Shown piece by piece: positions 1-13,909 of a stretch of DNA of 64,000 bases. Below the pieces are notes generated by a model. That model worked only from the letters and a program-made list of their open reading frames with translations, had not been told where the DNA came from and made no database searches. The translations under genes were made by a program, and so were the position numbers. This stretch comes from Mizuhopecten yessoensis (Eukaryota): positions 511,945 to 575,944 of the forward strand of contig NW_018408566.1 of NCBI RefSeq assembly GCF_002113885.1. The letters run 5' to 3'. Position 1 is the first letter of the stretch. Each line of letters begins with the position of its first letter.

Positions 1-859
1 ATGTTATATTTTGAGACTGATCATAAAAACAAAATGGATTAAAAGAAGAACTAAACAGATCTTTCTCATATTGCAATGATCGATTCTATTTCTTTCACAT
101 TAAGTACTGTACTAGTAAATATGTGAAATGACAAACTCACTTTGAAGGTTGGCTTTCATACACATCAGTATTAAGTTTAGATCAAAAGTTACCTCAAGGT
201 GCATTTACTGTTAACATGACTCGATCAAACAGATTAGAAGAAAGAAGAGAAAAGATCGAACTGACAAAGAACTAATGAAGATGGTACAAAGGTGGGCGCC
301 AAGATCCCCCTGGGATCTCTTGTGACAATAATAATCTGGTATGTATAATTTTCGAATATTGCATATCAAGCATATCAGCCCAGCCATTGGTCATTTTTTT
401 ACCCGAGGTCAATCAAACAGCTATCTTTTTGCCTTTAATTTTACTATGACATATTCGAGGGGTGCAGATACAGCGAAAGTAAGTATAACCCCTTGAGTAT
501 CGAGGATAATGTCATACTTGCAAAAAAACAAGGCTTGCTTGATAACCCCCAAAAAACTGTAATTATACATTTTCCGAAATTTCGTAATGTAAATGAAATA
601 CTATTGGTAACTAATCACGCTTCTGTATAACAATTTTGCCGACTATCTATAAATGTTTGTATTGGGTTCCAAAACTTTATCTCAACTTCTCACTAAAACT
701 CTGATTACGTTTCAATTAGGGTTACTGATATTGTGAAACTGTATACTCAAGAAAATAATGTAATGTGGATTTTGAAAATCTCAAAAGAATGATCAATTTT
801 GAGCATCATTTCCTCAAAAACATTTCTTTTAACAGAACAATAGACTTTTCAAATGTAAA

Positions 860-2912
860 CGAACCATGGTAAACTGAAGCAATCTTTTTAATGTCGGCTA
901 GTTGGTTCACTACTCTTTCAGTCAAAGAAGGCTTATTATTCGGAAAGAATCGAAGAATACGGCAAGGATAATAGACAGCTTTTTAGACTCACCAAAAACC
1001 TAATGGGACAGAAAGGGGAAATTATCCTACTAAGCTGTAATTCTGAAAAAGACTTGGCAAGCAAGTTCAGTGATTACTTTCTGAATAAAATCAGCCCAAT
1101 AAGGAAAAATAATGCCGAAGTGAACACCTCTGCTGACATTGGCATCTCTATCATGACTGCTGACATTGCATTTGATGGGGAACCATTGGCAAAGCTCTCA
1201 CCAACAACCCAGGACGAGTTGCGCAACATTATCATGACCTCGCAATCAAGGTCCTGTGAGCTTGATACACTGCCTACAGACCTATTAAAGCAATGTCTTG
1301 AAGCACTGCTTCCTTTGATTACCTCAATCATGAACAAATCATTGGCTGAGTCAAAGGTTCCGCTATGTTTCAAGAAGGCAAATGTCGGACCATTGTTAAA
1401 GAAGCCTGGAATCGACAAGGAGGAGTTGAAAAACTACAGCCCAGTTTCAAATCTGTCTTTTCTGTCTAAGTTCTTGGAGAAGGCTGTGTCCCGACGTTTA
1501 GAGGTTCATCTCCATGCAAACAGTCTCCACGACAACATGCAATCGGCCTACCGCATGAGACACTCTACTGAGACGGCCCTCCTACGTGTACATAATGATA
1601 TAGCTTCTGCATTGGATAACAAGTGCAGAGCGGTGCTTGTCATGCTGGACTTGTCAGCTGCATTTGACGTCATCGACCATGGCATACTTTATAAACGTCT
1701 GGAATACTCTTATGGAGTGACTGATACCGCACTATGCTGGATACAGTCTTACCTGAGTGAACGACGACGGTGTGTTGCCATCGGATCTTCCACCTCACAT
1801 AACAAAGTACTAGATTTCGAGGTTCCTCAAGGGTCGGTGTTAGGACCACGAAAATATTCTATGTACTCCAAACCGACTGGAGAGATTTGTCGTCGCCATA
1901 GCCTTCGCTATCATTGCTATGCCAATGACACACAAATTTACATGGTCATCAAACCACAGGACAGTTGGAATACCGTCTCAGAAAGTCTGGAAGCTTGTCT
2001 GAAAGATATCAGTATCTGGATGAACGCCAATATGCTTAAGCTTAATCAGGAAAAGACGGAACTAATCGTTTTTTCCCCAAAGTGTCAGCAAACAATGGCT
2101 CTCCAGCTCAAGGTCGGTGCCAGAACTATTGAGACTGTTCCAGCTGTTAATAACCTAGGGGTATACTTTGATAGTTCACTGAACATGGAGAAACAAGTGA
2201 ATGCTATTGCCAAATCCTGTTACTACCAGATCGGCTGTATTCGGCAGTTTTTAACATGCTAGATTTTGGTACATTCACTTGTTACCTCTCGGATGGATTA
2301 TGGTAACGCCCTGCTCTGTGGTATATCTGACAAACTAACGAGTCGTCTGCAGAGGGTCCAGAACACTGCAGCACGGCTAGTTACGCGTACTCGAAAGAGA
2401 GAGCGCATAACACTTGTGCTTTATTCGTTGCACTGGTTACCTGTACGATACAGGTCTCAGTACAAAATTCTGGTATACACATACAAGGCACTGAATGGAA
2501 CAGATCCGCAGTACCTATAGGAGCTTGTTACCCGGTATCAGCCGTCACAATCACTGCGGTCGGAGTCAGAATCTTTGTTGTGTGTCCCAAAATCTCGTAC
2601 TGTGACCTACGGAAACAGATGCTTTGAGAGGGTTCCGGCCACGTTGTGGAATAGCTTACCATCTGCTATGAGAAAGTCAAATACCCTGGCCAAGTTTTAA
2701 GATCTTTGCAAAGACGTCATGTGAATGCCACCCTTTTATTTGTTCAATTATGTTCACATTGCTTGCTTAAATGTATAAAAGTGATTGTAGGCCTTTGTTT
2801 TTTTGTTTTTCTCAATTATAAACATTACTATTATCCATATGTTGTAAAGCGCTTTATAATAATTTTACAAATTATATAGGGCGCTATATAAATGTTGTAT
2901 ATTATTATTATA
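860..2912 (+). mobile_element. 5'-truncated L2-like (CR1/L2 group) LINE, reverse transcriptase ORF2 with stops
   Basis: ORF 1003-2262 has RT motifs (NYSPVSNL, HSTETAL, LDLSAAFD, VPQGSVLGP, YANDTQ in place of YADD) and continues in 2266-2520 (LQRVQNTAAR, LHWLP). It ends in the tail GTAAAGCGC...GGCGCTATATAAATG...(ATT)n. Confidence 0.9.
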
Positions 2913-2989
2913 TAATTTTCGTCCTCTTTTTCAAGAAAGATGAATGGCGATATAAGAATATGTCTTTAAACCATTTTGGAGCGTGTTTT

Positions 2990-3340
2990 GTGGGAAACAC
3001 AAGTGTCAAAATAAATTGTACTGAGGATAAATTCACGAACAACGTTTGAGTTCCTGGTTTTCAGTATCTTTGTTGAGTTCCCTGCAGGATTTTCCAACAC
3101 ACAGCAGGCATTCCTATGGCAACAAATTGCTCCTCATCTGGCCGACTTGTTTTTAAGTGTGCTTTATTGTTGTGTTGTCACTATCCTGGTTTTCGCCACA
3201 AGGACGTGAACTTACTTTGACCTAGACTTTGGGTCTCGTTTAAGTCTTTCAATTGTTTACTGATATTTTGCTCTAGTTTTATCAATTTTTGAGTTCGAAC
3301 TACGGGTTTGAATCTTTGGAATCTCGTTTTCTTTGATACA
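2990..3340 (+). mobile_element. Penelope-like retroelement RT fragment plus 3' non-coding part
   Basis: Reads IFQHTAGIPMATNC then, after a frameshift, PHLADLFL, matching the GIPMGTNCAPLLADLFL motif. The downstream sequence resembles 52800-53050. Confidence 0.6.
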
Positions 3341-4069
3341 CGAACCATTTTTTGACACCAGTTTCTACTTGCGTCTGTATATTATCCATATGCACGTGGC
3401 ATGGAACACATCACCAAAATCTGATTCTAAGGACAGCTACTGCTAAGTATCCTACCTAAACAATCCTTATTGAGAAACGTTCTCAACTTGGTGGAGACTA
3501 ATACGGAAACCAAGAAGACCAGTTTCATTCAGCGAACATATTAAATATGTTGTTTTTAAAACTACGACAGGAGTATGGTTTTATGAACGCATTAAATTGT
3601 AAGCATCTTTAGTTTTATATGACGTTGACATTTACTCGTTTTCCAGCAAAGTCAACTTTACAGTGTACACCATAATACTACGAGAACACACAAAAAGACT
3701 GAAAAAAATATCTCAATAATGGATGTGTCGCAACTTGTGGATGCCATAATGTCCTTGGTGTTTGTCACTAATTAGATATTCGGATTGATGAATCGTCTGT
3801 CAACTGACTTGAATCCCTTATCGCACATGTACATAACATTGTAGTGACTTCGGTTGAGTTCGTGATCTTTCTTGTATAGCTATGTAAGACTGTTACTCCA
3901 AATACCGGCGTTTTATGTCACGTAGTCAGATTCTGTTTCGATCCTTACATAATTTATCGCCATATGGAATATTTGTATAAACACCCGTGTCTTTGCACAA
4001 TTCTAATACGATTCGTTTGAAACGCTTGTTTTGATTGGATACGGACCATGTTCTAATCTACGATAGAAT

Positions 4070-4906
4070 CGTGAAGCCATCCGGATAACCAGGAAGAGGA
4101 ATCCCTTGGTCACGACCTCCTCCATCCACGGTCAAGAAATTAGAGACAGTCCCGTCGGCCAAGTCTTTAGGAATCCACCTCCAAAATAACCTCTCTTGGA
4201 ACAAACACATCTAAGCTGCCGGCAAGAAAGCCACTTCCACCAACGCGTTCGTGCAGAGGACACTGAAGAAATGCCCAGCTGATTTGAAGGCGGCCTGCTA
4301 CACCACCTTGGTACGCCCTATCATCGAGTATGGATCTGTCATCTAGAGTCCACATACTCATTCCAACATCAGCAAGCTAGAACAGGTCCAGCGGAAGGTA
4401 GCTAGGTATGTTTAGGGCGATTTCAGCAAATACAGCAGTGTCACAACCATGCTGCAGACACTCGGCTGGCACACCCTGCAGGAACGGAGAATTCATACCC
4501 AACAGGTGATGCTGTATAAAATCGCCCACGGCCTTATCGACATCCTCCCAGAACCATACCTTCTGCCTGCATCAACAACAGCAAGGACCAGACACGACAA
4601 CCGGTACGTCCAACCTACATCAAGAACACAGACGTACCAACATTCATTTTTTCCATCGGCAGTGAGGACGTGGAATCAACTACCATCGTCAGTTGTGACA
4701 GCACCATGTGCTGATGCCTTCCGCCACAGCATCAGCAAGATCCCACTGACATCCACCCTCAACTAGACAGAAGATGACAGATCTGTTTTTAATTCGGTTA
4801 AATTGTTTATTGGCTATCGTGGATAGTTTTTACCTCCCGCTAGGCGCAAATTGTGCTACAATATTCTTATAAATGATGCACATGATTGTGAAGAAGAAGA
4901 AGAAGA
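4070..4906 (+). mobile_element. CR1-type LINE 3' fragment with (GAA)n tail
   Basis: C-terminal ORF2 motifs LGIHLQNNLSWNKH, YTTLVRPIIEY, LEQVQRK, MLQTLGWHTLQERR and SFFPSAVRTWNQLP; (GAA)5 tail at 4890-4906. Confidence 0.85.
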
Positions 4907-6089
4907 ATAATCATGATTCTCCGTTTGGTCAGTCCGCTGCAGAATGACACGTCGCCAGTTCAGGTCACAGAGTACTTTACTACGTACTTTTGCACAAGAA
5001 AATACAATGTTTCTAAACATAGCAGCGTAGTTTATTTGTTAAGGTGTTTTAGAATAGGGATAGTACGTTGTTTTTCGTGTCTATACATGGCGGCCAATTA
5101 GGAGTCACTGGATACGATTACGATTTCTTTATTTAAACGATGAATCCAAACTGAAAAATCATACGAACATCGAGTACGAAATCAGGTACATCTATTCTTT
5201 TGGGAAAATCTTCAATGTTTTGCACTTACATCCTAATAAATCAGCGATCGTGCAATTTGTTGGAGGGTCGCAGATGGGTGTGTCACTTCTCCCCAGTAAC
5301 TGGTGGATCGGGGTATCAAGTCAATCATATTTATTATTTTTCCTTTCTCCGATACATCATCTTTAAACCTGTTCTGGTATACTTAACTTTGACCTTTTCC
5401 CGCAGATATAGGAAATTTTCAAAGCATCCTTTGTCATCATGAAAATTAACATAACAAAAGACGATGTTGTCGTTTTTCCACTTTCCGTTTGGCAAATATT
5501 AACGTTAATTATAACCTCATCGTTTCTCAACGATAACAAAAAAAATCGTTCATACGCCATTGTCAAAGTTGTGCTAATGTAGTGGCATGTAAAAAAGTCT
5601 TTCTTGTTTCAGATTGTGTCATAAATAGCGTCATAAAGTTTTTTTGATTAAAATATAAATTTTCATTGGGGCCTGTCCAGGGGTATTATTGGACAAGCCA
5701 TTAATGTTGGAGGCACAGCACTCTTTGGAAAGTAGTTTTTGCACTGGTTATAACTTGGAAAACCACATGTGTGCATCTCACAATGGCTGATACATTACAA
5801 ATAAAATAGAAAAAATAAATATAAAAGTGTATTTTCTGTAGATTAATCAGGGATAGACACTAACCTTTTTTGCTTGGTAGTCTACAGGACTAGTTGAATA
5901 TATTATTTACTAGTATGTTGTCAATGTAACTAGTCTCAAGATTTGCTGATAAGGATAAGGAACATCTACAGCACGAAACATCAAAAGAGGACATATAACT
6001 ACTGCCATAAAAATATCGTTAAGTTTTAGGAAAATTTTGACAATTATCATGAAATATATATTATTTTAAGCAGTTTTCTAAATTTTATA

Positions 6090-8842
6090 TTAGGGTTTCT
6101 TAACATAATTAAAAGATATGATTCGGCCATGGCAGATAGGGGGTTATATTCGATAAGAGTTGGCACTATTTGGGGCAGAACTGTTTATTCTTCTAGGGCG
6201 TAAGAGAGCTTCTCAAATGACAAGAGCTGAAGTGAATCAAATATGAGGTACCTCTTACTCTTGTGCACTACTTAGATGATATTGTAAAAGTGGTTGCTGG
6301 AATTTGTAATATGCATCCATCTCTACCGAAGTATGAGTAAATAGTAATTTTATCAGCAGCACCAGAACCTGTTCCTCGATATATCCCACTATTGCTTTTT
6401 CAGGATCATCCAAACTTTCAATGTTTACAAATTAATGTTGTGTTTAAATCAGTCACTAGTTCACCTGCCCTAGCACTGTGTTGTAAAATACAATCAAGTT
6501 TTCATAAGATCCACAAAGCTTCAACTCTTCTTTAACAAAAGTACCAAGTATTTTTAGGGCTGTAATAATATTTTGATATGTGTATCTCTGTATCAGTATC
6601 ACACTATTTTGTTTAGAGAACATGTATCCAGTGATACATATGTGTATTATATTTAATAATTTGTAATTCAAAGTGCAAAATTTAGAACACGAACTATTAG
6701 TGACATTCTCAGGGTCTATATGTACACTGACACTGCTAGGATCAAATTACAATGTACTGCAAATATTCCTAAGGATCCCCAATAATTAAATATAGTGTGA
6801 TACACTTTTCAGTCATACAACTGTGCGTGGTGTCTGGTCAATCGTGTCAATAGTACGGTTGATTTGATAATAGTAGAATATGACCAGCACAGAGACCTGG
6901 TTCTCCGGATGATTGATCAGGCAAATGGGAACTGAACAGGTCTTTATTAATATTTTAGCCATAAAAAGGAAATATTTACAATTATCTTAATACCGTATCC
7001 GTCTCTCCCAATACTCTAGCTGAACCTTATTTAGTTATTGGTAATACTTGGACATGAAATTGTGCAAATATGGTGGAAACGTAGATCACAATTTATCAGA
7101 GCTCTAATTGAATATAAATTAAGCAAGAATATAATAATATATATTAGATATACATGCAATATAATGTGAAAGTCAAACCAACTGTACATTTTCGACTTGC
7201 ATAAAAACATCTAATCTCATACATTTTAGGCCAAAACAAGGCTATTATATTTTGCCTAACTTGCAAATTCTGTACTTTAAACTTTCAAACTCTGCCAATA
7301 ACACTGCACTTTAGACATGTCCATTTACTAATCTGTGATGATGCACGCTTGTTCATCTGTACACATGCAAAATGATAGTAAAGATGACAATTATTACATC
7401 CAATGCTTTGATTCCCGTTTTTCTGTATGCTGTGTCCTTCCTTGATTAGATGCTTATAATAACATACAGGGCAGACATGTTAGCAGGGTCATGATCAATG
7501 TCCATTGCCTCTGACATGACAGGAAGATCTGTGTTTTTCATTTTGAATTTTCAACGGCCTTGAAAAAGGTTCAGGCACTACAAACTTCACATAAAACAAT
7601 TTCAAGCTGTCAAGTATTTGCAAATGGTAGGATCTGTCAAATAAAATCCTTTCAATGTATGTGTTTGCCATTACATGTGTATACAATGTGTACATATAAA
7701 CGTCACAACACTTTCTCCCGGTGATGGCAAGCTGCCCTTGGATTTGACAATACTATGAATGTTTCTTTTTCAAAAATAGACCGGAAGCTTACAAGAGCAG
7801 AGCCTTGAACACTTAGCACATTTTGAAACAAGGAGACATTTTTTTTCTACAACACCATCCCCACAGCACTCCTAAATAAGAGCGATTCTGGTCAAGGAAT
7901 ATGCCACATTCAGAAATGGACACTTTACTATGAAAAGACTCAGATATTTCTTTCTTGTAGGATTGTTTGGCCTCTGGTTCGATGTTAGATGTTAACCTGT
8001 CCTGACGAATGTCATGCCAAAGCGGATTCTCACCCTGTCCATTTAATTTGTTGCCAATGAAATTGCCTGACATTCCTCTTCAAATGATAACTTATAAGAG
8101 CATGTACAATATACTAAGACTGAGGCCAAGTTCAAGTTTGACTGAAAACTGCTTTTGTTTATTGAGTCATCACATTCATATCTAATGCCCTAGTCTAAGG
8201 GAGTTAATCGATATATTTTTAAACCATAAAACTGTTTCCTTGATATTTGAATGTGCCCAGTCTGTTACACATTCTTGACAAGAGTGTTATGTACAGGACA
8301 ATATTTATAAGCAGTGCTTTATATTTTTATATTATTTATCACTAATTGAAATAGTTCTCATAGCTAACTAATATATTTTTAGACAATTTATATATTTGTA
8401 TTGTCCATATAAGGGTATGACTCGCTATTTAGCATTTAGTTTGCATTCAAAAAGATAAATAGAATGTTAACTAATGCTTTCATTTAAACATTACACAATC
8501 ACTTACAGGTATCAACAGTTGTCTTGGTTTCATAGCCGATTTTACTGCTCCATTTTCCTTGCAACAGCAAACCCATTTTTGTCTGTTTACAAGGAAATTA
8601 ATGAAACAGATCCCAGTTTCTCCTCGACGCACCCAGTGTGTAATAACAATGGGTCCGGTATGTCCATCGTCTACATGTAACAAATTAAAGTAATCTTCCT
8701 GATTTTGTTTTTAAAATAGTGTATTGTATTATTGTATTGTATTGTATGGAAGTTCGTGGAAATTCGTATCTGAATGTTTTGGCGCTGCCATGTTGTTTAT
8801 ATATCCGTTGCCCCAGCGAGTACAGTTAAATTCCCTCCTATT
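6090..8842. mobile_element. Degenerate ISL2EU-like (PIF/Harbinger-related) DNA transposon: DDE transposase C-terminus (+) converging with YqaJ exonuclease-PHD gene (-)
   Basis: Plus strand 6090-6340: DSAMADRG...ELALFGAELFI...LDDIVKVVAGICNMHP*. Minus strand about 8791 to 7290: GQGENPLWHDIRQDRLT, SECGIFLDQNRSYLG, CCGDGVVEKKC, QIQGQLAITGRKCCD, IERILFD, then a PHD-like CPVC...CNNC...HFAC...WTCLKC. Confidence 0.75.
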
Positions 8843-10119
8843 TGAAGAGTTCCACTGGTTGCGATATCCTCTATTGTGTTTCAACCCATACATGAACATC
8901 TTCATATAGTGAAAACCATCCTCATGTTTTATTACTTGTTTATTTAGATAAAAAGTAATATACATTCTGAGTCAAAAAAATATATCACATAAATTATGAT
9001 ACTAACAGGCATGAAACTTCGTTCAGAGATTATCATACTATGACGTCACAAGCATGTCACACTCCATCAGCCGTCATCGGTTATTTTCGGAAGGATGGAA
9101 AATAACCGGAAAATCGTTGAACTTTTATCTCTTTGTCGATGCTTTTATTTCAGTTTTTGCCACAGGCACAAAAAGTAAAAATGCGGATATTTTCTGAAGA
9201 TCCTTCATCAACCAGGTTCTGTTAATATTTCTACCGGGAGATATCTTCAAAAAGAGCCGCATTAAACCAATAGGTCAACGTGTACATCTATTTTTCATCG
9301 TCTAAAATTTCATCAGCCTTTGGTTTCCATTTGTTGAGAATATGAACGAAATAATTAACGTTTTTTGAATGTCTGGTTATAGTCTTTACATAATTTATGT
9401 ATGCATCACCCCTCATAAAAGAGACAATGGATAATTCATTTATGTCGAAATCAACAATAATTGTCCAGACAACCAACCCGAGTTCAACGCCCTTTTTCAG
9501 CAACGTATTACTTTTTTCTCAACGCTTGCCGATTTATAACTAGTTACAGACAGAAACTGTTTAAATTTATTTGGCATCATAACCTGTCAAACCTCGGTGA
9601 CAGTTACAAAATTTGAAATTCATTCCGGTGTTTCAGTTTTTATCGTGGACATGCTTTCCGCTCGGTACAAACGCTCAGACGACCTGACGTTTGCTTATCA
9701 AATTTATTACGGAGGCCATTTTTGAAAAAAGACTAATCAGCTAAAAAAGGCGGTCCGGAATTCTTCTACCATTCCAGTTGTTCGGTCTGGATCAGACAGT
9801 TTGTTGATTAGTTACTCCCATAACCTACAAAATGGCGTCGCTAAGGTGGGACAATTTGAACAAGGGACTCTGCTGACTGAATAAAACAGTTATTGTTGAT
9901 AATTAGGGCGGTTTGGGATGAATAAATAGTCCATTTATTGATATATGTGAGGTACTGTATGTGTTGTGTTATACCAGTGTTTGTTGTTAAAATGTATATA
10001 ATACACGAAGTCAATACGTTAAAAATCTGACAACATGATAATAAACGATAGTTGACATTTTTGTGTGAAATAAGGTATTTTTATGGGGCCCAAATAACGT
10101 TCTTTCCCGACAAAACACC

Positions 10120-10282
10120 ATTTCGTGGGTACGACAATTCGTGAATTACGAGATCCCGCTCAAACGGAGAATTGCTTGATTTCAAACTTGTAGAAACTTC
10201 GTTGACCTATAAATTCGGGAATGAAGGTTACCCACGAAATCAACGAACTTAAAACCCCTCATAATTTAGTGATTTCACAGTA
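10120..10282. mobile_element. Truncated MITE-like element
   Basis: Repeated TTCGTG/CACGAA motifs in opposite orientations, ending in TTTCACAGTA. The left terminus is not recognisable. Confidence 0.4.
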
Positions 10283-10455
10283 GTTACGTATACTCGACTG
10301 AAGGTAGACTTTTTATATTCCACAGAAACATGTTCACTTCGAAAAAATACCTGTTGTACACCGAGGTACTACAGTCTGTGCTGGCTTAGTATCACATTCA
10401 CAATATGTGAATACAGTGAATATCGCTTTCTTCCGATACTTATATCTGTTTTCAG

Positions 10456-11269
10456 AGTACACACGATGAAGATTGTGTACTGGACCGTCATCCCTCGTGG
10501 GACAACATCGTGATAGGGGCTGGATTTTCCGGTTCGTCCCCAGTACGTCGTGTCAACAGCAAAAGTCATGAACACGACATTTTGTTTAAAACTGATATTT
10601 CGATTGAAAATTATGACACACAGACTGGTCTGTGTATTCGATCTTGTGTACCAGAAAGAGTATATTATGTAAACGGATTTGTAGAACCAGACCAATACTG
10701 TGATGCAAGTTAAGTTTTGTTTTGTTTCATTGGGACCATTTATCTGGTGGCGAGTATTGTCTACCAATTGTACATGTACAGACACAACTTACGAAAGTAT
10801 AAGGACAGCACCATGTGTTGACATAATGATTCGATGAAATAATTAAACAGTGCATGTCAATAACTTTCCCATTTATGAACTGATAATCATATGAAAAACA
10901 TACATGAGAATGGTAAAAGTTTAAATAACAAATAGAAATGTTTGTATAAAATGTGGTGCACTGATTGATTGTGTATGATTTTCAACTCAAGTACCCTTTC
11001 CAAGTTGTTCCAGGATTTTAAATTCTGCTGTGGTGACACATGTTCTTAACCTTTACGTTTTGCCACTTTTACTGTATCAATATAAAGGATGTGTGTTGTT
11101 CTAAGTATTAGCTATGTTTGTAACTTCACAACTATCTGTTTTAGGTCATGGCTTCAAGCTTGCTCCTGACGTTGGGGAAATTCTAGCAAAGATGGCAACT
11201 GGACAGGCTCCCGAAGAGGACGTTTCTTACTTCCGGTTAAACCGTTTTAGAAAAAAATCACAATTATAA
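10456..11269 (+). CDS. PIPOX: PIPOX copy C, exons 7-8 only (upstream exons not found in window; partial gene or pseudogene)
   Basis: Exon 10456-10531 STHDEDCVLDRHPSWDNIVIGAGFS (76 nt, AG/GT) and exon 11145-11269 [41 protein letters not shown]. Confidence 0.8.
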
Positions 11270-11629
11270 CGCAAACAAGATGTCATCCAACAGCATGTTA
11301 GCAATATCATGAAAGAGAAACAGATTGCAAAAGAATGCACGTTATGTGAATAAGTAAATAGACAAATATTATAAACGTTATAACTATTGTTAATTAGTGT
11401 AGGATTATATCATATGTTTGTTCCTATCATTGATTTAACGAGAACTGTATTGTTATAAGTATAGCTTCATACTCATTTTCAAGTATAACCTTTGTAACAT
11501 CAAGGATAATTTATTCCTTCATGACCACTCTTCTATCCATTGTATGGCCGCCAAATCACACAACGAGAACAAGTAAGTACGCAGCTACTTCAATTACACT
11601 TTTAAAATATAAATATTTCAAATTTTCTA

Positions 11630-11968
11630 GGAGGCACGGTAGTCTAATGGTAGGACGCCGGGCTCGTGACCGAAGGTTTGTGGCTTCACGTGACGTCACG
11701 GCTCTGTGTTTTATCTTTGAGCAAGGTTCTTTACTCTGCTTGTTCCAATCTACTCATCTGTAAATGAGTACGTGCTAGCTGTGTGCGCCGATATAGGAGT
11801 ATCGGCTGTATGGTCCCTAGGGAATGGGAAACTATATTGGCTGGTTGCAAAGACCCTATAACCACGGATAATAATTTGTTTACCGCTTTGAGACGGCCTA
11901 CGAACTAGGTTGTGATAAAGCGGTATATACTTTATTTAAGACCTCGAATAATTATTCATTATTATTAT
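11630..11968 (+). mobile_element. tRNA-derived CORE-SINE with L2-like tail
   Basis: tRNA-like head with A-box-like GGTAGTCTAATGG; CORE-like segment CTGTGT..CTTTGAGCAAGG..TTTAC..CTCATCTGTAAATGAG; tail AAGCGGTATATA...(ATT)n. Confidence 0.7.
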
Positions 11969-12654
11969 CAAAATGTAACCATATTCCTACTATCTCCAAA
12001 TGAAATTTGAGTAACCAAAATAAAATAAGATAATGTGTTTGTCTGATGATACTTTGTCACGTTCCGTTAAAGTGAATTCTACGATCTTCTTTATATAACA
12101 AAGAAAGTGAAACCACCAACTCATTACTGACAGGTATTGTCGTGAATGTATGCGCTGATTTAAATAGTGTATCCACCTCCACAGTCAATCAGTCGACTAT
12201 TTTTGTTTTTTTAACGAGCTTATCATTGATGACATCATTATCTTTGATATCTTTTTCACTTCCTTGAAGTCAGTTGTAATTCAAAACCTTATCTTATTTA
12301 TGATAAAGACGGCTGCAATTTTACTTATACGTATTATTGGTTTTGTATGTAAAATTTTAACTTTCATTCTACATGTATCATATGTGCAACTTTGTTATTA
12401 ATGTATGTTTGTATTCATTTTGTTGTTAAAAATGTTATTGATTTTGGTAACAGGTTCGTGGTCATCCAACCGCGTTAACGGTTGACCTGCTAACCGTAGA
12501 CAACCTTAATTTAAATTGACCATTTGAACACTTAGAGAACTTGTTTTAACATTTAAAAGTACTTGATTTAACCTATACATTATTGCTTAATAATATGGAA
12601 CCTGCTATTTATACTACGTCATTCCTTTCTAATCAACTGTAAATCAAGACTATT

Positions 12655-12863
12655 TACACAGACAAAATTACTTAATATCACTTTCACCTGAAATTGACCT
12701 GAAATTACCATCAAACTTTTCATGTAAAATTCAGGTCAATTTCATGTGAAATATTTGAACTGAAATTGATTTTGTTTTTGCTTTTTTCCTGTAAAATTGA
12801 CCTGAAACTTTGACCTGAAATTCACCTGACTTTGACCTGAAATTTACTTCAGGAACTGTGTAG
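12655..12863. mobile_element. Small MITE-like element with internal TTGACCTGAAAT repeats
   Basis: Short inverted ends TACACAG...CTGTGTA enclose many copies of (T)GACCTGAAATT in both orientations. Confidence 0.45.
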
Positions 12864-13164
12864 TATTCGAACCTTTTCCGATGCTTTTGGTTTAAGTCAA
12901 GATGCTTATTTCGCTGACGAAAAATAACAAATATTTAATATATGTAGTGCATGGGATTTAAGTGAATATTATTGCTATATTAAGGAAACTGACGACATTT
13001 ATGTAGCGAATTGAACTTGTTTGTTCCCAAATAAAGACGATAGTTATGTCGTTTTCTGCTGAAAATTCAAAGACTTTACGTTGATATATACAAGTCTTTA
13101 AAAGAGGTAAATGCATATCTTCTAAATGTGTCCTTGTAACCAACGTTTGATACATGTAATACAG

Positions 13165-13206
<42 letters not shown>

Positions 13207-13909
13207 CTCAAAGGACTTATTTATGGATAATATTCGGTGTTTATATTTGACTAATAAGGTGATCTGAGATTGTGCTCCAAATAAATGTTAAATAGAGAAA
13301 ATTGATTTTATTTATATCGGTAAAATCTTATACTTTCTGTTTTGAAATCCCTGCTAATATTTAGATAGGATGGGTGTAACATCTGGTGCAGGAAATCATG
13401 AAAAATACATAGGCCTAGTTCAACTAGGAGACGGAACGTAAGTAAAACAGATTGAACAGGTGGAAGGACTATATGCTCAGTATTATATTTATAATGAAAG
13501 AGTGAAATATGGATCAAAACGATTTGAAATCAAAGGAAAAACTGTTTATATGTATAATATTTATACTACCTAGATATGCATGCTATAATATATTTATATA
13601 TTAACACAATGATAATCTGGATGTAAAATATGCATTTCGCTCTCGCTACTTTGCGTGCAACATTTCACTGCCGTTATTTATAGTCGGGACTTTCGGGCAA
13701 TACACTGTGTTACTTGTATATTTGTCTTTATACATTCAAATGTAGGATCGTAAGCTTATTATTCAAAACAAAGACTGGGACTGTTCAATGTTTGAAGTGT
13801 TTCAAGACTTCTTTCTCAGTGGTAAGTATATTTCAGCAGTTTTCGTTATTCTAGCTAGACTTATCTTCTTTGTCACATAAACATCTAAAGTTCCATTTCT
13901 AGTTTATAA

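Noticed and set aside
1074-1418. 114-aa minus-strand ORF
   Set aside because: It is the antisense shadow of the L2 reverse transcriptase.
9288-9503. 71-aa ORF near the ISL2EU-like relic
   Set aside because: No recognisable motif or splice support; cannot be assigned.
11630-11700. tRNA gene
   Set aside because: No complete cloverleaf or B box; it continues into CORE-like sequence and a LINE-like tail, so it is a SINE head.
13167-13204. Poly-T tract as the tail of a retrocopy
   Set aside because: No identifiable retroposed body or target-site duplication.
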